Below, one piece after another: positions 18,340 through 30,548 of a stretch of DNA of 64,000 nucleotides. Position 1 is the first letter of the stretch. Each line of letters opens with the position of its first letter. Position numbers and translations under genes: made by a program. The stretch spans positions 189,286,001-189,350,000 of the forward strand of contig NC_067401.1 in the NCBI RefSeq assembly GCF_016432865.1, given 5' to 3'. The DNA comes from Antechinus flavipes (Eukaryota). Under the pieces are notes generated by a model. The model made no database searches, was not told where the DNA came from, and was given only the letters and a program-made list of their open reading frames with translations.

Positions 18340-19148
18340 TTGCCATTTATAATTTCTCTGGGAAACAAGAAATCTAAAATAGGGAGTCGAAAGGGACTCT
18401 GCTCCATCTGCTCTGAGGACAGAGCCTAATGGTGAGGAGGAAATTTTACAAAAAACCTGGCTGGAATAGAATAGGACAGGGATAATAGTAAAGGTACTTC
18501 AATCTGGAGGCTAGAAAACAATTTAGTTCCAATCTAACTCTTGAGGTGGATAAAGATAAAAAAGAAAAGGAGGGGTCCCCAAATACATGATTGGGGATCA
18601 CTGGTAGTAGTAGTTTGATCAGAGCCAATATCTTCCTTTAGGACCTGAAGCAGAAAATACCCAACAAGAGGCCTATTGTTGGGGATAGGCTCAAAGTACT
18701 CATTTCTCTCCCCAGGATCTCATCCCTCTTTCTAGATTGAATTGAGGGATCATGAGGTAAAGAGTGGGATCCTGGATTAAGAGATAGTAAATCTGGAATT
18801 GAATGTGGGCCCCAAGCTGCATGCCATATCCTAAAAACATGCCTAAAGTCTACAAAGAGGGAAACTTGGAATCTAGGAGGTAGAGCTTAGAATTCGGGAA
18901 ATAGAGGTTGAGGAACAGGGAAAGCCTCTGGGGCCCTGAAACATGCAGTCTCAAGCTTCAAAGGGCTTCAAACGACTTTCAAGTTAAGAGAGGTATAGGA
19001 GCCTCAAGTTCAGGAATGGAACTTGGAATCCAGAAAACATTCTCTAGAATAGCTCTTGGATTTCAGGGAACACAAGTTTGAGGAGTGGTGGAGGAATAGT
19101 CAGGGCCTTAGAGCCTAGGGACAATAGTTTCACCGTAGGAGTTAGGTT

Positions 19149-22100
19149 TTACTCAGCATCTCCAATATTGGGCCCAGCAAGTAACTGAAGCTTTCTTTGA
19201 AGCTGGGCCCGGAGGTAGTGCAAGTCTTGCTGATCTAGCCCATGTGCCAGGCCTAGATAGAGGGTGAACAGTGCAGCCAAGAGAATCCTGTCAAGGCCTA
19301 GTCGTGGCACAGCCCAGAGCACTGTCAGGAGCTCCACACACACAGGATGTCTCAAGTGTTCAAAGAGTCTCAGTGCCCGAGGGGATTTCAGTGCCAATGG
19401 CTCCCCCAACCCCAGCACATGATAATATACCTATTGGAGAGGGATGGAAGGATATTAGATCAGAAATTGAATAGTCATATCCCTTTGTTTCTAATTCCAC
19501 CCTGGCCCCTTGATTCCTCCTAAAACCCTGGCTCTGCTTGTGTTCCAGAATTAGTTTTTCCACATCTCCAAAGATGTCTAATTTCCCCCCAACCCTTGGG
19601 GACTGAGATCTCCCCTCTGAGCCTAACTCTTGCCTCGACTTTCCTACAAATCCATGGGAACACTAACATTTCTGGACTTTGGGGGAGGGATATTGGACCC
19701 ATTAGGGGAGGGAAAAGATAACAGGTAGATTGAGGTTAGGATGGAGCAAAAGTCCCATGGAGATTGATTAGGGCATGGGGAGACTGAAGGTGGATCATGT
19801 CTTGGAAAAAGAAATGAAATTCAAAGGATGGAGGCTCAGGAAATGAAAATATTACCTGTTTGAGGCCCATGAGCTCAGGATAGTCAAAAACCAAGAGGAT
19901 ACTAAAAATAAGGAGCCAAGCTATGATGTGCAGCACGAAACAGAGAAGAGGTACCCAGGTCACCCAGGGCTCTGATTGTGCTTCCCAGAGGACTGGACCC
20001 TCTGGCACTGGCTCCCAATAACGCATCACCACCTGGAAGGAACAGATGGGGGAGAAGGCTAGGCTTAATACCCCTTAGAGACCTAATCATCCAATATGCT
20101 GAGGGGAGGCATTCCCTGACAATGCCACAACATACACACATAGACATAGACACACACACACACACACACACACACACTCCTACCCTCTACCCCATGATGA
20201 CTTTTACTCATAATTCATGTAAGGAGCTCCAAGATTCTGGTTTCCAAACCCATTATTAACACAAATGTCCACTATATGTAGGATACTATGCTAGATAATA
20301 AGTTATATTTTTCTTAAGCATCAGGAGTAGAGGGGCAGATTTTTCTCTTTCTTTTTGATCCAATTTTTTCTATGTGACATGATAAATGTAGAAATATGTT
20401 TAGAAGAATTGTACACATTTTAACCTATATTGGATTACTTGCTGGGGGGTGGGAGAAAAATATGGAACACAAAGTTTTGCAAGGATGAATGTTGAAAACT
20501 ATCTTTGCATATATTTTGAAAAATAAAAAGCTATTATAAAAAAAATAGTAGGGGACAGAGAATAGAGAGATATCACTACTATTCTAAAATTCTCTCTGGA
20601 TCCCAGACCTTGCAGTCAACAGAATTTATTCCTACTATGTGCCAAGCACTATGCTAGATACAAGCAAAAATACAAGTTCCTGCCCTCATGAGACCTTTAT
20701 TCTATAGAGATGACAAATACATATAGATACAGGGGATCAGGAAAGCTCTCATTTAGGAGTGAGTGTATGAGTTGAGCTTTGAAGGAAACAAAAGATTCTA
20801 GGAGACACAGGAAAAAGCATGAATAGCAAGGGGGTAAGTAGAGAGAGGAGAGATGTTTGCCAAAGGTCAGAGATGAGAGGTAGATTTGTGTGTGTGAGAA
20901 GGAAAGAGGCAGAGAGCGGGAAAAGAGACAGACAAGCTGGATAGTGTGTAAAGGATAGTAATGTAAAATAACTAAGAATCATATTGAGAGGAGCTCTAAA
21001 TGCCAAATGGGGAAATTTATATTTGATCCTAGAGATAATAGGAAACCACTGAAATTTATGGAACAGGCCAATCTAGGAATATCACTGGCACAATGTGAAA
21101 GCACACAGGAGATGTTTGATTAATTTATGAGATGTGTGGTCACTGTCCTAGATGAGTTTACAATCAAGTTAGCTGAACAAATATCTAGAGAGATAAATAA
21201 TAAAGCAACTTATAATTGTCAAACAAAAAATATAACAGGAGTTCAATAGAGAAGAGTGGATCATGGTCATTGGTAAGGACTTCTTGGAGGAAGAGGGATG
21301 AAGATCAGACCTATACATAGGTGTTGAAGAGAGGTGGTGATAAGCATTCCAATCAGGGGGAACTGAGGGAAAAAAGGAGGAAGTAGTTTGGGAAACACAG
21401 TCTATAGTCTGTCCACAGTAGGGAAGTAGTAGGAGATAAGATTTGAGTTAGAATTTTCAGGATTTTGAATGCTCCAGCTTATTCTCTACTAATGCTGTTT
21501 ACACAGCAACCCAGACATTTGGCACCCTCAACCCCAGGCCCTTTCCCCAATTCCTACTTTTCTTGGGGACCTAGCTGTCTAGCCCCCATACCTGCAGAGC
21601 CAGGGCAGTGCAGGCCACATAGAGTGACCTCTGCAGGACCCCGAAGTGCTGGGCCATCCATGTCTTCACAGGGTCTGCTGCCATAAGACTATGCTGCCCC
21701 ACGAATAGCAGCACCAGCCCCAGGTCCCAAGCTAGAGCTGCCAGGATGCGAGGATCCTGCAGGGCAATCAGCCATTCCTGTCGAGTATCTTAGAATGGGG
21801 GAAAACAGGATGTCAAAAAGAACAGGGAAAGTTCACTTTTATCCTAAGTATCTCCTGTGAATCTCAGGCCATGTTCCTCTGGAGGCCGACCAGGTACCCA
21901 TAATTCCTGATTCTAAATTCTGCCTAAGCCATGCCCCTCTCCCTGTTCTCCATGAATTTTACTTATCTTCAACAATCCCCTTAGGATCATAGAAAAGAAA
22001 CTAAGCAATGCTGGCTGATCCTTTCAAAGAAACTTTGAGGGAAGAGGAAGGGGGTTCTGATTAGTCTTTTAAATTAAAAAGTTAGTGCCCAGAAGCTTGA

Positions 22101-22661
22101 AAATTCCCACCCAAATCTATTTTGCTCCACCTTAGGGGAAAAAAAGTTACGTAGAAGTAGTTCAAATCCTATCTCTGGTGCTACTTAAGTTTTGTGTCCA
22201 AGCAGGGGCAACAAGAATGAGCCTTCTGTCTCAAGATCCTTAAGTTTCTAATTTCAAGGTAAAAACATCTATTACACCTCTTCTGTATTCACCTATAATG
22301 AAGTCTTTTAATACTTCACTCCATTCTTCCCCATATCTCCATTCTTCCCCATATTTCCACCCATTGTTTTTCTCCCCAGAATTAAACTCAGATCCTTCTG
22401 CTATTTTTTTTAAGTCTGACTCCCTCGCTTCCCCTTATACTTCCTTTTCCCCCTTATACGTCCTGTCAAGCTCCACCCCCTTCTCTATCCGCCGAACCCT
22501 CAGGCAAGGCTCCTGCTCCACAACCGCTTACCTCTATCCAACTTCTGACTGCCCCCGAGCAGTGGTTGCAAAGATGTGAAGCAAACAAATTCCACTCCAG
22601 TGCCAAAGGCCAGAATGAAAGACGCAAAAGCGGCAGGGACCAAGACCAGAGCAGGAGCCAT
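19149..22661 (-). CDS. NRM: Nurim, inner nuclear membrane protein (261 aa); exons 22532-22661, 21592-21788, 19856-20032, 19149-19430
   Basis: [25 protein letters not shown]...[11 protein letters not shown]...[17 protein letters not shown]...[15 protein letters not shown]...GDAE-stop. Four GT-AG exons total 786 nt in frame. Confidence 0.97.
20150..20176. repeat. (CA)n microsatellite in NRM intron 2
   Basis: Direct CA run. Confidence 0.9.
20590..21070 (-). mobile_element. L2 LINE fragment
   Basis: Reverse-complement L2 3'-end signature (TTTATTCCTACTATGTGCCAAGCACTATGCTAG) followed by a degenerate L2 body. Confidence 0.55.
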
Positions 22662-22679
22662 GGCGGGGGTGTGGGGAGT

Positions 22680-22780
22680 GGGACTGGGGAAAGGGGAGGA
22701 GCCCGTTTATTCCCGCTTCATTAGCCCCGCCCCTGGCTACGCCTCCAGACCAATGACAAAGATTTTAATTCGAGTTTTTA
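22680..22780 (-). promoter_or_regulatory. NRM proximal promoter (GC box plus CCAAT box)
   Basis: CCCCGCCC at 22725-22732 and CCAAT at 22750-22754, within 100 nt of the ATG. Confidence 0.6.
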
Positions 22781-23146
22781 CGTGCTCTGAATAAACACAG
22801 TCAGCTAAAGTAATTAGGTAAGAAATTTAATAAGGGTTAGAAGACTTAAGCATTTTTAACTAAAAACATAATTCTTTAGTTCTTTAGTTAGGTACCAGTT
22901 GTACCTATATTCCCTCACATATTGCTTGCTTCTCCAAAAATCTCCAGGAATTCTATTAAGGTTCTCTAGTTCCTTCCACATCCCACATGATCCCTCAAAA
23001 ATCTTAATGTCACCTCCCCAACCTTGAAAGTTCTTTACATTATGCCAATCTTTTATGAAACACATTTTTCTTCTAAATAGTTTATTTTACCGTCTGTGCA
23101 TTTAAACAATGTGAGCAGGACATTGTGGATAGGATTCTTAAGGACA

Positions 23147-26100
23147 TTAAGAAGGTAAAGGGTCTGAGGTGGAGAGGAGGAATGCTTCTAGCTGGGCTTC
23201 CTGCCTCAGCACCCCAGTGAGCAGGAACTCTGGCGAAAGTAGGGGCAGCTTAGCCCGAACAGCAGCAGAGCATCTGGAGAGATCCTGGGGACATGAAATC
23301 ACTACTCTCTGGGGCTAAGGACAGAGACACAAAGAGAAAAGAACAAAGATGGAAAGAGATGGATTCAGAATAGAAGCATATGGTATGACCAGCATAAAAA
23401 CTTCTCCCTACATGCTCCCATCACATCTTCCCTTCCCCAATTCTTCCACCCTCTAGCTCTATTTTCAAGTCACTACATTCCTAGTTTCAAATCATACCTT
23501 ATAGACCCGAGGCATGCTAGAAAGCACAGTACCCCCACAGCATGTGATTATCTCTCCCATTTGAGGGGGTGGGGGTTGCACTCCGGGGGTCACATAGAAC
23601 TCATAGCCCTGAGGAGAAAAAAGGCCAACTGAGGTTTGGACAGGAAAACAAGACTTCTACAGAGACTAAGGAAAGACCTTTAAGACAAGATAGTGGGTTA
23701 AGGTATGTCGCCCAACCCACCCTTAACCCACTTAGGGGGAAAATTTAAGACCAGAGCCCCACTCACCTCCAGGAGGCCCCTCTCCTGAGCACGACTCAGT
23801 GCCTCTCGAAGGCTGAAACCAAAGCTGTTCTCCTGCTCAGGATCATTCACCACAAATTCATCAGGTGCCAGGAATCGACCAGCCTTTCGGGACTAGAGGT
23901 TAGGGAGAATCAGCTCCAATCCTCTCTAGGATTTTTCTACCCCTCTATTCATTAACCCTTGCCCCAAATCCTTCTCTAGAAACAGTTTTCCCCATTTTTT
24001 CAATTTATATCTCTGTGTACATAAATTTCATTCGGTATTTTAATCTTTGGCCATATGTATTTGTTTTTGTTTCTAAATGCCTTATAATACTGTCTCACCT
24101 GATGCAACCATTCCAGAGACAGAATAGGTATTCCCCGGCCCAGGGCACATAGGAATTTGACTGTACGTCTAACTCGATCTGTTACCAAATGTGAAGCTTC
24201 TGCCACTGAACTGGCCAGAGTTCCACCCAGTGCCAGCACAGCTTGTTCTCCTCGTGCATCCACCACACCCGTAAATAACACCTGCAGGAAAAAAAGTCAT
24301 CATTCACTGAACCCCAGAAAACCTATGCCTCCCCACTGATTCCTTTTAACATCTTCTATCTTCCACTTACCTAATGAAAATTTTTTATTACCACTTCCAA
24401 AACCCTATGTCTTTTCTCTCAATTCCTCTCCATACATACCTTAGGAGCTCTTAGTTCTCGATTAAGTCTAGCTCGCCGCAAACTCCGTCCAGGTATTCCC
24501 TTGATGATTTCCTTTGTGTGAACTGCTAGTTCTGCAACCTTCACAGGAGTCTTCACTGCAGTCTGAGGTTTAGATAGATCCCAATGAGTTCTTAGTATGG
24601 CCTCACCTGAGTTAATCCTCATCCCTTTTCCTTACCTCAACTTCCACTGGCTTATCATCTTCCTCTTCCTTGATAGATTCTTGTCTCTGGGACCGACCTC
24701 TCCGAGGTTGCTTGGAAAATGGTGATGCTTCCTTGGTAGTTGGAGGCCGCTTTCGGCCTGAGAGCTTAGGCTGGGCCTCTGGAGTAGAGCCAAGCGTATC
24801 TCGCGCTCCTACCCTCCGGCTCCTGGTAGCTCGAGGGACAGATGCCTCAGGTGTCAGAGAATAGGACGACTCTGGGGTGGCTGTGAGGGATTCAGAACTT
24901 TCTCCCGCCCCTGCTCTCTGACTTCGGAGAGCCCTGGGTGGAGGCACAAGGGTTTCAGATCTCTCTGTTGGAACGGAAGGGGAGTGCTCGGGGAAGGATG
25001 TGACTGAAGTAGAACTACAAGTTCCAGTAGCCCCCCGTTTCCTGTTTTGACGAGTCTGAAGGTGGGAATCAGGGATTATAGGCAATTCTTCAGGGATGGG
25101 AGGGTGGAGTTCAGGGGTCAAGAGTGCAGAGGAGGTACTAAAAGGCTTCTGTGTCTGACTCTGGACAGAAGATTCTGATTTGTCTCTAGAATCTTCAAGA
25201 AGAGGAGGTTCAATATTTGAGGCCAAGAGAATCCCCTGCCTCCTGCTTCGTGGTGTTGCTAAAATAGGCGATTCCTGGGAAGCTGGAGACGAAGAATGGG
25301 GTGGTTTGAATGTTCTTCTATTCTGGCTCCTGGTGATTCTGGGAGTTGAAGAAGGGGCTGAGACTTCAGGGACTGCAACTTTAGGTGCTACAAGAGGTAC
25401 ATTTGAGAAATCCTGTTTATCCTGCAGATAAATTGGATAGTGATCAAAGGAAAGACAGGATTAATATATTCAAGTTTACATTACGTTAATTTGCATTTGT
25501 TCCTTTGTATGCTTTTCCCCATCAAACTGTCAATTCTTCAAAAGAACCAACTACCAAAAATTATTATACAGAAGGTCCCATCTTCCTTCTTACCACCAGC
25601 AAAAACACTGACCATTTGTGTAGCAGCACCCCCATATCATTGGTCCAGCTTCTAAGTCTAGTCCTCATAAGCCAGATGGGGAAGTCAACTTCAATGGATA
25701 GAGCTAGACATCCTCACCAATTACAAAGTACCATTATCCACAGGAAAGACAAGCCAGCCTAGGTAAAGCAACAAGGCACTCATTGGGGACGAGTTAGAAG
25801 GCAATATATGCCAGATAAATCAAACTACCACTACTTTGTCATCTCTCCTCAATGCTTATGGAGATAGCCATAGAATCCTTGAACCCAAAGCCTTAGGAAT
25901 AGCAATGCTTCATCTGGTATCGAATGATTTAACATCAATCAGAACATTCTATCAATAAAAATGAAACTAGAAACAAGGCATTACTATCTGCCTTTTTTGC
26001 CTCAACATCCTGTTATTGATGAGACCTTTCCATCTCAGTTATAGCTAAAACCTTCCATATATGCTATATTCCTCATCAGAATGGGAGTTCCTTGAGAGCA

Positions 26101-29100
26101 GGACCTGTTTTACTTTTTTATTTGTAGTCCTAGCTTAGCATAGCTCTTTGCATGTAGTAAACACATACTTTATTCATTCATTTCTTTTTCTGGACCTTTC
26201 TGTGTTCCACTTCCACTACATCTATCAAAAGGCTCTACAAAAAACAACAGTACTAGTTATGAGGCAAAGAGAGAAACAAAAGGAAGACAGATCCTGATTT
26301 ACTGAGGCAAATTTAGAAACAGTGTAAATAATGACACTGTGAAAATTAGATAGCTAACTGAAATTAGATGGAGTAGAACAAAAGAGGACAGAACAATGTG
26401 AAAAAAATGACAAGTAGTTTGGAGCAGGGAAAAAGATTATGCAGAGCATCAACATCAAGAACTCAAGAGTAAGGCAGAATAAAGGATTTTATAGAACTGA
26501 GTAGCAATTAAGAGAGGTGGGAGAAAAGAGGAATAGCTCTTACCACTGGCACTTCCTCAAGAGGCAAAATTTTATCATCATTGAGACCTGGAGAAGAGGA
26601 GAAAATAAGTTTGGCTGGGTATTTGGGAATCTTTCTAGGGATTGAAATAAAGATGTCCTCTGTCACTCACCTCTGTGATGTCTGCTATCATTGGAGATTT
26701 GGGGGTTTAAGGATAATTTCTGCAGGTTCCCTTCCCCAACTTTAGATTTCATTACTGGAGTTGCATTCTGGACCTCCTGGTCATAATCTTCTGACATCTG
26801 TCCCTCTACTTCTCTTTCCAGCATTTCTTTGGGTACTTTCACTTCTACCACTGGACTCTTGGTTCTTCTTTCTGGTGTTTGTTTCTCAGATATGTCTTTC
26901 TCAGGGGTTTGCCTCTCCATTTCCTTATCTAGTACTTTTATTTCTCCACAGCTTTTGATGCCTTTCTCTGTCACAACATTTTGCATTCCTCTACCTGCTT
27001 TACATCTCTGTCCTCTTTCTGATATCTCTGTTTGTACAACTGGACTCACTTTCTTTCTCTTCGATCTCTTTGCCTTATTTGCCAATGTCTTTCTCTTAAA
27101 GGTCTCCTTTTCCACTTTTCTCTCTGGTGTTATTCTAGGTGTCTCTATTTCTATTACCTGGTTCTCCATGTCACCCTCCATAGTTTGTCCTGGGATTTCT
27201 GTGTTTAAATTTGTGTCTTGACTTATTGAGAGCTCTGTTTTTTCTGGACTGTCTGGCTGTAGATTTGAGGCTGTCTTAGATGGTGTGGGACAAGTTCTAT
27301 GGTCTACAATATAAGAGTTGGTAGGTAGAGTTCCTGATGCCTCTGACTGCTCTGAGCAGAATGGCTGTGTAGCCAAGACTTCCCATGGCTCATCTGGACC
27401 ATCTAGGAGAAATCAAGGGAAAGAAACAGATTGAGAGGTATCATAAAATTACAATGTAGACAAGTTTTGTAGATTGTTGAGTAAAACAGAGATAAATTAG
27501 GGTAGGGAAATGTTTGCAGATCTGGGGAGACCCAGATACATGAAGATGGAAGTTTTGAGTGTAGACTAAACCCTAGGTTGAACAGCAGTCTGTTTGCATG
27601 GTCTTCACTTTCAAATGCTTACTATTCCTAACACAAGGAAAGAGTAATAAATAACATCCACCCAGGATATAAGTTTCTGCCTTACAGCCCCAATTCTAAT
27701 CCTGGGACACTTTTCATCCCTATTCCCACTGAGGGACATAGTAACAGAGGTTTTATTCCCATTAAGGACCTAGGTATCTGATTCCAGGGTGGGTCTCACC
27801 TCCACAGTTCTGATTCCCTCCTTCTACAAAGCACTGAGTATCTTGTAAATCCAGGTCTGAATTATCTGAGGAGTTAAAAAAAAAAGATACTAGCCTCAGA
27901 ACTGGTCACTCAACTCATCCTTGAAGTTTACTATAGAAGGTTGGGCATGGAAGGTGACACTTAAACTCACCATCACTCTTGCTCTGGAAATCTTCAATAT
28001 CATCCACATCTGGATCAGTCTCCCGTTCTATGTTATTCTGGGTTCCTTCCAAAAGTACCTGGGCTGACTTCTCTTGAGTGCTTGGTTCCACTACTATGCC
28101 TACTGAGCTATCCCTTGGGAAGGGAGACAGACCATGCTCCACTTTTGTTATAGATATCCTCCCCTGGGTCCCAACTTTTTTAGTGGTCCTTTTCAGTTGA
28201 TCAATCACTGGGGCCCCTTCAACTCTACTGTTCTCTTCATCTGGAAGTTGGCTATTCATATGAAGAGATCCATTGTCATCCCCATCTGTGTCATTGCCCC
28301 CAGTCCTACCAATGGAATGTTGGTCCTTGTTAAGATGTATGGTAGAGAGTTCTGTTGGGGACCCCTCCTCGTTTGCATCTGTATTGTTTGTTCCACCTTT
28401 GAGTAACTGATCTTTGCCCTGATGGATTGCAAGTTTCGCTGCTGAGATCAAGTCCTCTTCTACATCTGTATCACTGTCTCCCTTATCATGTTGGTCCATT
28501 TCCAAGTGTGCTTTAGCTGGTCTCACTAAAAGACCCTCCTCTTCCAAATCTGTACCACTTTCTTCCAAGGAAGAAGGTTGAGTCCCAATTAAAGGTGTCA
28601 CAATTGAGATCCTTTGCAGACTGCCCTCATCATCAATATCCGTATCACTGTCCCTGTCAGGAGGCAAACTTTCCTTCACATGTGCCCCAGATGGAATTGC
28701 CATGATGCTCTCATCTCTTTCCACATCTGTATCACTGTCCCTCCCCACAGCTGAGAGATGGTTCTCTCCACCAGTCCTATTCCACTCCTTATCTACAACA
28801 GAAGCTATCCTGGTAGCTGAAGAAGGCTCCATTGGGAGAGGATCTTCCTCTTCATCTGTGTCACTATCCAGAATGAAAGTAAGAGGCAGTGCAGGGCCCT
28901 TGCAGCCTGGTGAAGCTCCTTCCACATCACTGATAGGGAAAGAGTGAAAAAGGAGAACTTGGAATTCAGATCCCAAGAAAGGACTTAGGTAAACAGAACT
29001 CTAGTTCCCAGTTCTCTTCTCCTTCCACTCTAATAACTATCAAGGGCCTAGCTATTATACCCTTGGTTTTCTTCCCATTAAGCTTCCCCAGGTAGACTTG

Positions 29101-30548
29101 GCAATCTGGCTCCTCAATACTCACCTCTCTGGTACTACAGTTTCAGAAGGGGAATATGTGACCGGTACCCCTATACTCCTATCCAAAGGAGAATCTAGGA
29201 AGAAGAATAAACTTTGTAATTTTATATTCTCCAGGCTCTTCTCCCTACCTTTCACTTTCCTGATACCTCAAATTTACCTCCTTCCTCCTCTGAGTCTTCA
29301 GCCAATAAGGTCCCCTGGAACTGAGGTCCCCCTGTCCCTGGAACCCTGGGTGTCTCCTCCACATTTAGAGCCCCTCGGGGGCCAGGAAGTAGGGGGACAC
29401 CCAAACGATGATATTGGCATGGCAAGTCAGCAAAGAGTACCAAGTCTTGGTCCCTCAATTGATGGCCCACTCCAGGGCTTAGGAGCTTGGGAGGTCTCAG
29501 AAGGCGTGTATGATTAAGGCTCCCACAATCTCGAAGGATAGGTGCCCTGCCTTGAGCTGGAATTTCAATTATTGCATGATGTTTGGAGATAGATGGAAAA
29601 GGCAGAGCCACAGCACATCCTGGTATTCGGCCAACCACATTCTCCCCAGGGTACAGCAGGAAATCTGGGAGTGAAAATTCAATGAAGTATTAATTCAAAA
29701 GCCAGCAATCTTCCCCACTCCTAGTTTTCAATGAATTTTCTTTTTTGGTTTCCCTCATCATTGAATTTATATTTTCTCTAGGAAAAAAAAAAGGGGAGGT
29801 GAAAAGCTATAGCATTTTCTTTAGGAAAAATACAGGAATGGACATGTATACATATATTGTATTTAACATGTATTTTAACATATTTAACATGTATTGGTCT
29901 ACCTGCCATCTGGGGAAGGGGGAGGGGAAAGGAGGGGAAAAATTGGAACAAAATATTTTGCAGTTGTCAATGCTGAAAAATTACCCATGCATATTATCTT
30001 ATAATAAAAAGCTATAAAAGTATATTTTAAAAAACACAGGATTCCTAGTATATGGGAAGTTGTAATTGGGACAGAAGCATTAGGAAAGCACAGGCCATTG
30101 CAGAGCCATTACTCTGATTTACTTTCTTCCTATTGGTTTTAGTATGATTTTCCTAAGTCATCACAAAAAGAATATTTCCCAAATCTATCTGGGTTAGTTA
30201 GCTATGAATTATCTTGAGTTATCAGATCAAACCAGTAAGTATTTTCTTACTGTCTCTCCTGCCACATGAACAAATCAATTACTGGAATACCCTCTACTCC
30301 ACTGTTCTCTTTAGCTGGAATTTGGCTTTTCATTTAAAGAGATCCACTGTCATCCCCATCTGTGTCATTGCCCACCTCTCCCCTTTTCCTTTAAAACCCA
30401 ACATCCTCTGACCTTTCTCAGGTCCTCGAACACTGCTGAATAGGTGCAGCCGCCCTACAGGCTCCAAACCTAAATGTGGCGGAGAGCCATTAGAATCCTC
30501 AGTCTCCTCCTCCTGAGCCTCCCAGTCCACCAATTGAGTGTCCTCCAT
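23147..30548 (-). CDS. MDC1: Mediator of DNA damage checkpoint 1 (predicted 1296 aa); coding exons 30413-30548, 29278-29664, 29125-29194, 27971-28929, 27800-27865, 26671-27402, 26544-26587, 24636-25421, 24440-24562, 24099-24281, 23767-23892, 23498-23608, 23147-23314
   Basis: MEDTQ start, FHA domain ([25 protein letters not shown]), AEDSEEE and VPESD acidic sites, SDTD repeats, TQCF/TQPF, and tandem BRCT ([12 protein letters not shown]...[13 protein letters not shown]). All junctions are GT-AG, phases are consistent, and the sum is 3891 nt. The small middle exons are less certain than FHA/BRCT. Confidence 0.93.
29800..30030 (+). mobile_element. L1 3'-end fragment in an MDC1 intron
   Basis: L1 3'UTR-like sequence ending in AATAAAAAGCTATAAAA. 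Confidence 0.6.

Noticed and set aside
27686-27728. 43-nt segment as a normal coding exon of MDC1
   Set aside because: Ends in phase 2 while the next exon needs phase 1, and read-through hits TAA; kept only as a possible remnant or poison exon.
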